Assembly (NCBI GenBank): GCA_016926975.1
Contig: JAFGNP010000006.1
Span: 2,696 to 66,695 of the forward strand
Reading direction: 5' to 3'
Origin: Coriobacteriia bacterium
Lineage (GTDB): Bacteria > Actinomycetota > Coriobacteriia > Anaerosomatales > Anaerosomataceae
Length of the DNA stretch: 64,000 nucleotides
Within the stretch, counting starts at the first letter, position 1; every line of letters begins with the position of its first letter. Position numbers and translations under genes: made by a program. This document shows, piece by piece, positions 10,548 through 20,300 of the stretch. The notes beneath the pieces are model-generated. The model worked only from the letters and a program-made list of their open reading frames with translations, was not told the DNA's origin and did not search any database.

Positions 10548-11963
10548 ATGGCCCGCGAATACACTACTACGCGCGACATCGTCGGGCCGCTGCTGCTCGT
10601 CGAGAAGGTCGCTAACGTGACCTATGGCGAGCTCGTGGAGCTCGAGTTCCCCGACGGTACGCGTTCGCTCGGCAACGTGCTCGAGGTCAACCGCGACGTC
10701 GCGCTCGTGCAGGCGTTCGGCGGGACGCGTGGGGCCAACCCCAGCCAGACGAAGGTGAAGTTCCTCGGCCGGTCGCTGGAGCTCGGGGTGAGCCGCGACA
10801 TGCTGGGGCGGGTCTTCGACGGGCTCGGACGCCCGCGAGACGGCGGACCGGAGATCATGCCCGACGAGCGCCGGTCGATCTACGGCGAGCCGATCAACCC
10901 CACCGCTCGCGACTTCCCGGATGATTTCATCCAGACCGGCATCTCGGCCATAGACGGCTTGAACCCGTTGGTACGCGGCCAGAAGCTGCCGATCTTCTCG
11001 GGCTCCGGACTGCCGCACAACCAGCTGGCGGCGCAGATCGCCCGTCAGGCGGCCGTGCTCGAGAGAAGTGACGACCCGACGACGGTGGGCGCGAAGCTGG
11101 AGGGCGAGTTCGCCGTGGTGTTCGCCGCGATGGGCATCACTTTCGAGGACGCCGACTTCTTCATGACGGAGTTCCGCAAGACGGCGGCCATCGAGCGCGC
11201 CGTGCTCTTCCTCAACCTGGCTGACGACCCGGCCGTAGAGCGCATCGCCACGCCGCGCATGGCGCTTACAGCGGCGGAGTACCTGGCATACACGTGCGAT
11301 ATGCACGTGCTGGTCATCCTTACCGACATGACCTACTACTGCGAGGCGCTTCGGGAGGTCTCGGCAGCGCGCAAGGAAGTGCCGGGCCGTCGTGGCTATC
11401 CCGGTTACCTGTACACGGACCTCGCCACCATCTACGAGCGTGCCGGCCGAGTGAAGGGGCGCAAGGGCTCGATCACGCAGGTGCCGATCCTGTCGATGCC
11501 CGACGATGACAAGACCCACCCGATCCCCGACCTCACCGGCTACATCACCGAGGGTCAGATCATCATGGACCGCGCGCTGCACCGCTCCAACGTCTATCCG
11601 CCGATAGCGGTTCTGCCGAGCCTGTCGCGCCTGAAGCAGAAGGGCATCGGTCCCGGCAAGACGCGCGAGGACCACGCCGACCTCAGCAACCAGCTCTTCG
11701 GCGCATATGCGCGCGGCATCCAGGCCAAGGAACTGGCTGTCATCCTCGGCGACGCAGCGCTGTCGGACACAGACAAAGCGTTCGTGGCGTTCGCCGATGC
11801 GTTCGAGGACCGCTTCATCCGTCAGGGAGAGCACGAGGAGCGCTCGGTGGAGCGCACGCTCGAGCTAGGGTGGGAACTGGCCGCCTTGCTGCCCAGAACG
11901 GAACTGAAGCGTATCAAGGACGAGTACGTCGAGCGGTACATGAAGGAGCAGGCCAAGGCGTGA
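10548..11963 (+). CDS. atpB: A/V-type ATP synthase subunit B
   Basis: 471 aa with the [24 protein letters not shown] signature. Starts directly after A. Confidence 0.95.
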   Translation: MAREYTTTRDIVGPLLLVEKVANVTYGELVELEFPDGTRSLGNVLEVNRDVALVQAFGGTRGANPSQTKVKFLGRSLELGVSRDMLGRVFDGLGRPRDGGPEIMPDERRSIYGEPINPTARDFPDDFIQTGISAIDGLNPLVRGQKLPIFSGSGLPHNQLAAQIARQAAVLERSDDPTTVGAKLEGEFAVVFAAMGITFEDADFFMTEFRKTAAIERAVLFLNLADDPAVERIATPRMALTAAEYLAYTCDMHVLVILTDMTYYCEALREVSAARKEVPGRRGYPGYLYTDLATIYERAGRVKGRKGSITQVPILSMPDDDKTHPIPDLTGYITEGQIIMDRALHRSNVYPPIAVLPSLSRLKQKGIGPGKTREDHADLSNQLFGAYARGIQAKELAVILGDAALSDTDKAFVAFADAFEDRFIRQGEHEERSVERTLELGWELAALLPRTELKRIKDEYVERYMKEQAKA

Positions 11964-12151
11964 GAGACGTTCTGATCATCGGTCTGTTCGTCTTGCTGGC
12001 AGGCCTGCTGGCCTACCAGGCATACATGCTGTTCTGGACGAAGAAGACGACCGGCAAGGTTCCAAGGGCTGTGCTGGTCATCCGTCTGGTCAACATCGTC
12101 CTTCTAGTGGGGGGAACCGTTCTCATCGCCGTCAACCTGGCGAGGGGATGA
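11960..12151 (+). CDS. Small 2-TM membrane protein embedded in the ATPase operon (hypothetical)
   Basis: 63 aa, [49 protein letters not shown]. Its GTG overlaps the B stop (GTGA) and its stop overlaps the D start (ATGA). Confidence 0.5.
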   Translation: MRDVLIIGLFVLLAGLLAYQAYMLFWTKKTTGKVPRAVLVIRLVNIVLLVGGTVLIAVNLARG

Positions 12152-12795
12152 CCATGCCGGCGCTTAGGGTCAACCCCAACCGCATGGAGCTCCTGAAACT
12201 CCGCCGTCGCGGAGATGTGGCGCGACGCGGCCACAAGCTGCTCAAGGACAAGCTGGACGAGCTGATGAAGGAGTTCCTGGCTCGGATCAGCGACAACCGC
12301 AGATTGCGCGTGGATGTGGAGCGCGAGCTCGCCGGCGCGTTCGGGCTGTTTGCCCTGGCGCGTGCCGAGGCCGGCAGCGGAGCTCTGGCATCTGCGCTGA
12401 TGGCGGGGACGCCACTCCCGCTGCTGGATGTAGCCGAGAAGAGTGTCATGAGCGTCCGGGTGCCCGTATTCACTCTCGGCGGACTTCCGGAGCCCGGGGG
12501 CTACTCGCTTGCGACCACACCGGCAGTTCTGGACAAGGCCCTGGGCAGTCTGGCGGCCGTTGCGCCACGGATGGTCGAGCTGGCCGAGCGAGAGAAGGCG
12601 ATCGAGCTGCTGGCCGGAGAGATCGAGCGCACGCGTCGCCGCGTGAACGCGCTCGAGTACGTGCTGATACCCAACATCGACGCGACCGTCCGCGACATCA
12701 CCATGAAGCTGGACGAAGCCGAGCGCTCGAATCTCACGCGCCTGATGAAGGTGAAAGAGATGATCGCCAAGCAGGAGGCTGGTGGGGAAACGTAG
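12148..12795 (+). CDS. atpD: A/V-type ATP synthase subunit D
   Basis: 215 aa. N-terminal NPNRMELLKLRRR..A.RGHKLLKDK and C-terminal RRVNALEYVLIP are classic subunit D motifs. Confidence 0.9.
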   Translation: MTMPALRVNPNRMELLKLRRRGDVARRGHKLLKDKLDELMKEFLARISDNRRLRVDVERELAGAFGLFALARAEAGSGALASALMAGTPLPLLDVAEKSVMSVRVPVFTLGGLPEPGGYSLATTPAVLDKALGSLAAVAPRMVELAEREKAIELLAGEIERTRRRVNALEYVLIPNIDATVRDITMKLDEAERSNLTRLMKVKEMIAKQEAGGET

Positions 12796-13079
12796 TTCTT
12801 CGCTCGGCGGGAGCCTTTGACCGTCCATCGGTGAAACAGTGCATCTGGTCAGCATTTCGAACTCGCCTCTAAAGTCCGATTGCTTCTAACCCGATGATTA
12901 GGGCGTCAGGACAAGAGAACGTCACCTGACAGATAGTCCGGCCCGATGGTGGCGCCCCTCCATCCGGAGGGCTGGACAGAGTTAGACAGCAGGCTCCGGG
13001 GGTCCCGCCTCGGGGTCTGCCGGTTTCTGTTCGGATTCCGCGTGCGAAGCCTTCATGATGCGAGGGAGCGCCGGGTCCG

Positions 13080-14423
13080 CTATCCCGACCGCCCCGTGAA
13101 CGCCCAGGAGTCCAGCATCAGCGCGGGCGCCAACGTGGCCGCGGCCTCGTCGGAACCCACGAGCATCCGCTGAGAGCCGATCGCGCGCACTCGCGAGAAC
13201 GCTTCGAGGACATCTTGCGTGAAGCGCAGGTTCTTGACCGGCCGGGAGAGTTCCCCGTCCTCGATCAAGAAGGTGCCGTCGCGCGTCATGCCTGTGAGTA
13301 CGAGTCTCATCGGGTCCTCTACGTTGACGTAGTGGAAGCGCGTGACGTACACGCCGCGTTCCACCGACGCGATCATCTCCTCAGGGGTGCTGTCGCCCGC
13401 CTTCATCTCGATGTTCAGCGGGATGGGGCCGTACATGTTCGGCGCGGGCAGCGCGTGCCCCGTGTTAGGGATACCGAGCTTGGCCGAGTAGTACGAGTCG
13501 GTCACGGGCCCCCGTGCGATGCCGCCCTCGATGAGCGGCGTGCGCCGTTTCGGCTGACCCTCGTAGTCGAAGGAGAGGCCTATCGTTGCGGGAGACAGCG
13601 CGTCGTCGTAGATGCTGATGCGCGGATCCATCACCTGTGTGCCCGCGGCACCCACGAGAAACGAGCTTCCCTCGGCAAAGGCCTTGGCGCCGAAACCGAG
13701 ATAGCCCACGAAATCGAGGATGTCGGCCACCGCCTCCGGGGCCAGCACCACCGGGTATGTGCCAGTGTCGAGTTCTATCGGGTCTACCGAGCGCTCGGCC
13801 ATGGTCGCGGCGTGGCTGCCGAGTGCGGAGGGTGAGAGGGAAGACGGATCGTTGGCAAGGAATGATGCCCACCCGCTGGCGCCGTTCTCGCCCATCGACA
13901 GCACGGTGGCGCGCGCGTGGTCGGCCTGCATCGCCGCGTCCACATCCAGGCTGCTTGCTACTGCTACGGCGTACTCGCCGATCTCGACCGTGCCCGCGGC
14001 CACCAGTCCGCGCGCCTCGGACTGGATGATGATGTCGCGCGCTGCCTGGGCGCGCCGCCGGGCATCGAAGCTGCTCGATGCGTGCTCGAAGCGCGAGGGG
14101 ATCGTGAGGGACTGCGGGTCTGGCAGCCCCGGGAAGTCCGGATCCTGCGGTGCGTGGCGGGCGGCTTCTGCCGCGGCTGCGGCGCATCGCAGAATCGAGT
14201 CGTCGTCGAGTCGGTTGGTGTTCGCAACGCCGGTCCGGGTGCCGATCACGGCACGGATCGACAGCTGGCTGTCGGTCTCGGCTACATTCTGGTGGATGCG
14301 GTTGCCGGCGAAGCGCGTGAGCGCCGAGGACGTTGCCATGATGACCGCCTCGGCGGCGTCAGCGGGAGTGTTGTGCGCTGCACGACCTGCGAGCATGCGG
14401 ATGTCCTCAAGATCGAGCCTCAT
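13080..14423 (-). CDS. pmbA: PmbA/TldE-type metalloprotease subunit
   Basis: 447 aa from ATG 14423, which overlaps the tldD stop (ATGA). TldD/PmbA family pattern including the C-terminal GDGTFLIEDGE..PV. The upstream extension in the track ORF is Arg/Gly/Pro-rich junk. Confidence 0.8.
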   Translation of the reverse strand: MRLDLEDIRMLAGRAAHNTPADAAEAVIMATSSALTRFAGNRIHQNVAETDSQLSIRAVIGTRTGVANTNRLDDDSILRCAAAAAEAARHAPQDPDFPGLPDPQSLTIPSRFEHASSSFDARRRAQAARDIIIQSEARGLVAAGTVEIGEYAVAVASSLDVDAAMQADHARATVLSMGENGASGWASFLANDPSSLSPSALGSHAATMAERSVDPIELDTGTYPVVLAPEAVADILDFVGYLGFGAKAFAEGSSFLVGAAGTQVMDPRISIYDDALSPATIGLSFDYEGQPKRRTPLIEGGIARGPVTDSYYSAKLGIPNTGHALPAPNMYGPIPLNIEMKAGDSTPEEMIASVERGVYVTRFHYVNVEDPMRLVLTGMTRDGTFLIEDGELSRPVKNLRFTQDVLEAFSRVRAIGSQRMLVGSDEAAATLAPALMLDSWAFTGRSG

Positions 14424-15862
14424 CGTCCCACCCCCACCCGGACGTTGCGGAACCGGGCCGGGGCGGCCCCGTGGGCGACATGCGCGACCTGCATGGGCTC
14501 GCCCTTGCCGCAGTTGGGGATTCCCCAGACCTGCCAGTGGTCTCGCGAGCACACAGCGTCGCACGAGCCCCAGAACTCAGGCGTGATGCCCGTGTAGTTG
14601 GGGTTCTTGATCATGCGGCCGAGCTTGCCGCCCTTGATCTCCCAGCCGATCTCGCAGGCGAACTGGAAGTTCAGCCGTCTGTCGTCGATAGACCAGGAGT
14701 TGTTGGTCTCGATATAGATGCCGTTATCGGTGTCGGCCACGAGGTCGTCGAAGTCCCACGTTCCGGGTTCGAGGCTGACGGTCGTCATGCGGACCAGAGG
14801 TTGTCGCTGCCAGCCGTCGGCACGCATGCAGCCGTTCGAAGCCCGGCCGATGGCTACAGCCGACTCCCGGGAGGTCTGGAAGCCGGTGAGGATGCCTGCC
14901 TCGATGATGTTGTCGCGCTGCGCCGGTACGCCCTCGTCGTCGTAGCCGAATGAGCCGATCGAGCCGGGGACGGTGGCGTCGGCGGCGACGTTCACGTGCT
15001 CCGAGCCGTAGCGCAACTCCCCGAGATCGGGAATGCCCACCCAGGAGGTTCCGGCGAAGGCGGCTTCGTCCCCCAGGACCCGGTCGAGTTCGGTCGGGTG
15101 GCCGATCGATTCGTGGATCTGCAGGGCTACCTGGGAACTGTCGATGATCACGGTCGTCTCGCAAGCCGGACAGGGGTCTGCCGACAGTAGCCCGGCGGCC
15201 TGTTCGGCCACGCGCGGTGCGTTGCCCGGCAGGTCGAGTGCGAGGATCGTCTCCCAGCCACCCTGGATGGCCTGCCCGCCGAGGTTGTTGGGGTACGAGC
15301 GGGGAAGCATCTCACCGTCGGCGATGGCGAAAGCGGTGATCCCCGCCTGCGACTCGATGTACGACTGTTCGATCAGCGAGCCCTCGGTCGAGCCGAAGAG
15401 CTTGCGCACCGCAAGGAATCCCATGCTCGAGGTGGTGACGCTCACCGCAGGTTCGCTACGCAGTGCGTCGTCGGCTGCGAAGAGCAGGGCCAGCTTGTCT
15501 TCGAGCGAGACAGCGAAGGGGTCGGTGTCGCATGCGCCGGTCCAGGTATCCGTGTAGGCGGCGACCTCGGCCAGGCTCACCGGCGTGCGGACGGTGGTCG
15601 CCGAGGCTCGCGCGAGGGTGACCGCCTGGCGTGCAGCGGCCCTGATGCCGTCAGACGTCAGGTCGTTGGTGGCCGCGAAACCCCAGGCCCCTTCGGCGAT
15701 CGCCCGGATACCTATCCCGAGCGACTCGCCGGATTCTATGGATTCGACCCGTCCCGTGCGCACCGCGAGGGTCTGGTGGCGCGTCTCGACCACTCTGGCA
15801 TCCGCATAAGTGGCCCCGGCCGTACGCGCTGCATCCAGCGCAACGGCTATGTGCTCCCTCAT
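14420..15862 (-). CDS. tldD: TldD-type metalloprotease
   Basis: 480 aa with the HESIGHPTELDR (HExxxH) zinc motif and a GxC..CGKG C-terminal motif typical of TldD. Confidence 0.88.
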   Translation of the reverse strand: MREHIAVALDAARTAGATYADARVVETRHQTLAVRTGRVESIESGESLGIGIRAIAEGAWGFAATNDLTSDGIRAAARQAVTLARASATTVRTPVSLAEVAAYTDTWTGACDTDPFAVSLEDKLALLFAADDALRSEPAVSVTTSSMGFLAVRKLFGSTEGSLIEQSYIESQAGITAFAIADGEMLPRSYPNNLGGQAIQGGWETILALDLPGNAPRVAEQAAGLLSADPCPACETTVIIDSSQVALQIHESIGHPTELDRVLGDEAAFAGTSWVGIPDLGELRYGSEHVNVAADATVPGSIGSFGYDDEGVPAQRDNIIEAGILTGFQTSRESAVAIGRASNGCMRADGWQRQPLVRMTTVSLEPGTWDFDDLVADTDNGIYIETNNSWSIDDRRLNFQFACEIGWEIKGGKLGRMIKNPNYTGITPEFWGSCDAVCSRDHWQVWGIPNCGKGEPMQVAHVAHGAAPARFRNVRVGVGR

Positions 15863-15956
15863 CTGTCCTCCAGTCCGTGATACAGCGAACGTGCGTAGGC
15901 ACGCGCAAAGGAACCTGCGGTGGTCTGAAAGGAAGATACCCCTGCGCGCGAGCGGT

Positions 15957-17168
15957 CTACTGCACCGTGGCTGTCGGGTCTACGACCGCGTTGGCGATCG
16001 GGTCGGTGCGGTACTGCCAGTCGTAGCGGCGGGCGCCTGCGTAGTCCTTACGGTCGGCGAGCCTGGAGAGCTTCACGAAGTCGCCGGTGCGGGGTGCGTG
16101 GATGAAGTAGCCGGCTCCGACGTACATGCCGACGTGGTGTACGGGCGAGCCGAAGAACACCACGTCGCCGGCCTTCAAGTCGGCCGGAACGATCTTCTCG
16201 CCCAGCAGGAACTGCGCGCCGGAGTAGTGGGGAAGGTTCACACCGTGCTGGTTCATCACGTACATAACGAGACCGGAGCAGTCAAAGCCTGCAGGGCTTT
16301 CGCCTCCCCACAGGTATGGCACGCCGTGATAGCCGAGCGCCGTTTCGACCGGAGAGCCCGGCTCCACTACGATGCCGGCCTTGTTGGCGCCCGAGAACAC
16401 CTGGCGGAGCAGTTCCGCTTCGGCCAGCTGGCGTGCGGCGGCCTGGTCATCGAGCATCTCGAGCAGTTCGATCTGCGCGGCGGCCAGAAGCGCCTCGCGC
16501 TCCTGTATCCGCAGCATGACCTCTATCTGGCGCGCCTGGAGCTCGAACTCCAGCGAGCGGGCGCGGAGCGCGTCTTCCTCGAGCTCGGCGGCAGCGAGCG
16601 CTATCTGGTCGCGTTGCGCCTCCAGTGCGGCGGCGATGTCGGCGTCACTCTCGCCGATGGAGTGGAGGAACTTGATTCGCGCCATGAAGTCGGAGACCGA
16701 CTTGGAGCCTAGCAGCACCTCGAGGATGTTCATCTCTCCGCGGCGGTAGATGTCTCGCGCCCGCTCGGAGAGAGTGTCTTGCCCTATCTCGAAAGCGGCC
16801 TCAGCGTTTACGAGGTCGGTCTTGGTCGTGTCGAGATGGTTCCTGGTGGCCTCGAGTTCGATGACGGCCTTGTTGTATGCCTCTGCGGCGATCGCCAGCT
16901 CGCGGTCCAGTGCGTCAAGCTGTGCTTCGAGTTCGTCGAGAGCCGCCTGTTTGCGCGCGAGTTCCTCGCGGAAAGCCCTGGAGGCGGCGTCTTCGGGCTG
17001 CGGGATCGGGCTCTCGTCAACGGGGGCGACAGCCGGTCCGGTTACCGGAGAGGGCGTGTCCGTGGCGGTCTCTGAAGGCAGCGCGAACGCGGGAACTGTC
17101 AGGAGAGCCATAGACACGGCTACAGCCACAGACCGGGTGAGAAGCTTCCTGTGAGTCGTCTTGTGCAT
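15957..17168 (-). CDS. Secreted coiled-coil NlpC/P60 (C40) peptidoglycan hydrolase
   Basis: Signal peptide, about 200 aa of heptad-rich coiled coil, then GVPYLWGGESPAGFDCSGLV...HHVGMY..G..IHAP, the NlpC/P60 catalytic Cys/His. ATG 17168 has AAGGAAG upstream. Confidence 0.85.
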   Translation of the reverse strand: MHKTTHRKLLTRSVAVAVSMALLTVPAFALPSETATDTPSPVTGPAVAPVDESPIPQPEDAASRAFREELARKQAALDELEAQLDALDRELAIAAEAYNKAVIELEATRNHLDTTKTDLVNAEAAFEIGQDTLSERARDIYRRGEMNILEVLLGSKSVSDFMARIKFLHSIGESDADIAAALEAQRDQIALAAAELEEDALRARSLEFELQARQIEVMLRIQEREALLAAAQIELLEMLDDQAAARQLAEAELLRQVFSGANKAGIVVEPGSPVETALGYHGVPYLWGGESPAGFDCSGLVMYVMNQHGVNLPHYSGAQFLLGEKIVPADLKAGDVVFFGSPVHHVGMYVGAGYFIHAPRTGDFVKLSRLADRKDYAGARRYDWQYRTDPIANAVVDPTATVQ

Positions 17169-17313
17169 CGTGACTTCCTTGTCAGCATGACTCTGATACG
17201 TGTTCATGAACCGCTTACTGCGAAAACCTTGCCGAAACCTTCACTAGTCGCTATCGGATAGTTCAACGGCGAGGTTGATAGGGTCGTTGCGGTTCGCGCG
17301 CAAGAATCCCGGA

Positions 17314-20300
17314 CTACGGCCAGGCTGTGTTGTCGTTGGGATGCTTGCCGGAGCTGCACCCGGCGTAGCAGTCGTCTTTCGTCCACCCGAGCGGCGTGTA
17401 GCTCTTAAGACTGAAGTTCACCGTGCCCCAGGTACCTGTGGCCGAGTAGCCGGTCTGCGAGCGCCAGGTAGCGTAGGGGTCCGGGTCCGTCGTGTACCCG
17501 AGAAGTCGGGGTCGCTTCCAGCCGTGAGGGATCCCTACATGGCAGTGCCTGCAGTAGCCGCCCTGGCTGCTGCGGCCTTTGTGCTCATCATGCACGTTGT
17601 TCATAGTCGTGAAGCTGGTGCTGCCATGGCACTTCTCGCAGATGATACCTGCGTTGGCGGTGCCACTGCCGGATCTGCTCATCCCGGTATTCGAGCCTGC
17701 GTTGAGCTGAGGTGTGTTCGTCTCGCCGTCGTAGAAGTTCCACGAGTACGGGTACGCCGGGTCGATGAGCCACTTGGCGCCCGAACCGTGGGGGCCGCGT
17801 GCGTCTGTGGTCGCGGCGCTCATGTGGCAGTCCGTGCAGGTCATCATCGAGTCGGTCGTCCAGGGGGACTTCAGCCACTGAGTGAGTGTCGCCGGCTTCG
17901 ACCAGGTGTAGTTGCTTCCGTTGACCGTGAACGCGGTCTCCATCACCGTCCGCTGCCCGAACACGTTGTGCTCGCTTTGGTTGCTGGGGTTGAACTCGAG
18001 CGCGACGTCGGTGGAAGTGTACGTCCCGGATCCGCTCGTCACCGTGAACGGCTGACCGGAGTAGCTGCTGTGGCATTTCAGGCACAGGTACGCTTCGAAG
18101 TCGGTGGTCTGGCCGGAAAGGCGGATCGGGACCCAGTCGCCGCTTGCCACGGCCGTCCAGTTGCCCGGCCAGGTCTCCACCATCACGCCTCTTGCGCCTC
18201 GGAGGACCTCGCCTGCCTTAGAGTCGTACAGCGTGTGTCTTCCGGCACGCGCTGCGTGCGGGTCGTGGCAGTCCACGCACTCGGAATGGCGGTTGGACTG
18301 GCCGAGTTCCGCGGCGCCCTCGGTGTCGCTGTGCCGGTCTGAATACTCGACCGGGTGGCGGTACGTGGCGGTGAACGCTTCCTGAACGTCCATACCGGTG
18401 CCGGTGAGTGAGTCTATGTTGGGGTGACAGCCTGTGGTCGTACAGGTCGGGGTGCTTCGCTGCGAGGTATGGCAGACGTAGCAGCCCTTCTCCTCTTCGT
18501 AGGTCGTCGAGTCGTCGCGCATGACGGCGATGTGGCCCGCGACTCCCGTGTAGTAGGCCGAGGAGGCGAGCAGACGTGGCTGGTCCGAAGCATGCGGGTC
18601 GTGGCAGCTGTCGCAGCCTGTGGACATGTTGCTCACGCGCGAGTTGGCGTGACCGCTGTTCGCCCACTCGTAGCTTGTCTCCGTTTTGTTCCAGCCTGTG
18701 AAGAACGGCGCGGTGGTGTCCGTGTAGATGTGGAAGCCCACGCTGTAGGGGATGAGGGTTGTGTCCGTCGTGGTGGCTGCGGGCAGCACGCCGTCATGGC
18801 AGACCAGGCAGAACTGGGTGGGCGTCCCCGTGAACGCGTTCAACGTGTTGTCCGGGTCGCTGACGCGGGTCATGTCCCAGGCCGTCGAGCCACCCGTGCC
18901 GACCGTGTGGACGTTGTGGCAGTTGGAGCAAGTGAGCGATCTTGCCGTTTCCCATGCGGACGTCACGGACCACTCGTCCAGGCGCGGGGTGGTACTCGTG
19001 TCGCTAGTGGTGAACAGCCCCACCAGCCGGATCTTCGTGTATGTCTCGACGGAGAATGAGCTCAGATCGGTCGGGCTGTCCGCATCGGTCACCAGATCGT
19101 CCCACTCAGCGCCGTCCCAGCCCTGGACCTTCACCGAGAGGGCGGTGCCCGAAGGCTCGCTCTCGGTCCAGGAGAGGGTCCCCCAGGAGGTCGGGTGAGT
19201 GCTCGGTATGGTGATATCGCTCGTGGTCAGAGTTCCAGAGGTTCGGTAGGCCAGGCCGGTGTAGCTCGGCGGATCGGCGTTGCAGAACGCAATCCCCGCA
19301 CCCGCTCCCTGGGTCCAGGGCGTAGCCGTCAGAGCTTCCCAGGTGCCCCAGTTACCCGCGGTCTCGGCGCCGGACGCCGGGATGGCGATACGGGCCATCG
19401 AGTTGTCGGAGCCGCGGATCGCGTACAGGTAGCCGCCGTCCACCCCGTCCCACGTCAGGTCGCATCCGTCACCCAGGGCCGAGGAGAAGGGGGCGATGTT
19501 GAGGAACGTCGGCACCGGGGTACCGCTCAGACTCGAGACGATCACGGTGTCGTCGTTGCCGGACAAGTCCTTGCCGATCATCATGAGGTACTCGGTGCCG
19601 GCCCCGTCGCGGAAGTGCGCGAGGCGGTTGTAGTAGGTGATGCCGCCGGCGTCGGTGACCTGACGGGTTGAGCTCGTGAAGGTCTGGTTGCCGGTCTTGG
19701 TCGCCGGATTGGACAGGTAGTAGAGGATGCCGTTGCCGGTGCCGCCGTTGCGGTTGACCACGAACAGGCGGTCGGCGCCGGGAGCGTACGCCATGGCGGA
19801 GCCGGCGCCGAGGCTGGCCGTCGAGCCGCCGGGCTGGTAGGTGATGCTGTTGACGGTGGTGCCGGAGTACTGCCACCACTGGATGGCGTTCGTGTTCCCG
19901 CCGCGGTTGATGTAGACCACCGATGAGCCGGAGTTCACCGCGGCCTGTGCGCCGGTGCTGAAGCCGGCGCCGAACGCGGTGATCGCCGCGGGCGCCCACG
20001 TGCCGGTTCCGGAGTTCACGGGCGGGGTGTACTGCCGGATCATTGGGCTGGTGATGCTGTTGCCGCCGCGGATTACATAGACCTTGCCGTTCGCGCTGAA
20101 CAGCGTTGAGCCTGTGGCGGTGCTGAAGCTGTCGTTGGCGGGCGGGTCGAACTTGCCGTAGTTGTTGGCGTTCCACGCGTTGTCGGCAGGCCGATACTGG
20201 TCGAACGTCTGCGCTCCACCGCCGTGAGCGAACAGGTAGCTTTCCGACGAAGGATCGATGGTGTCGGTGTACTGCTCCAGCACGACCGAGTCGGGTATCA

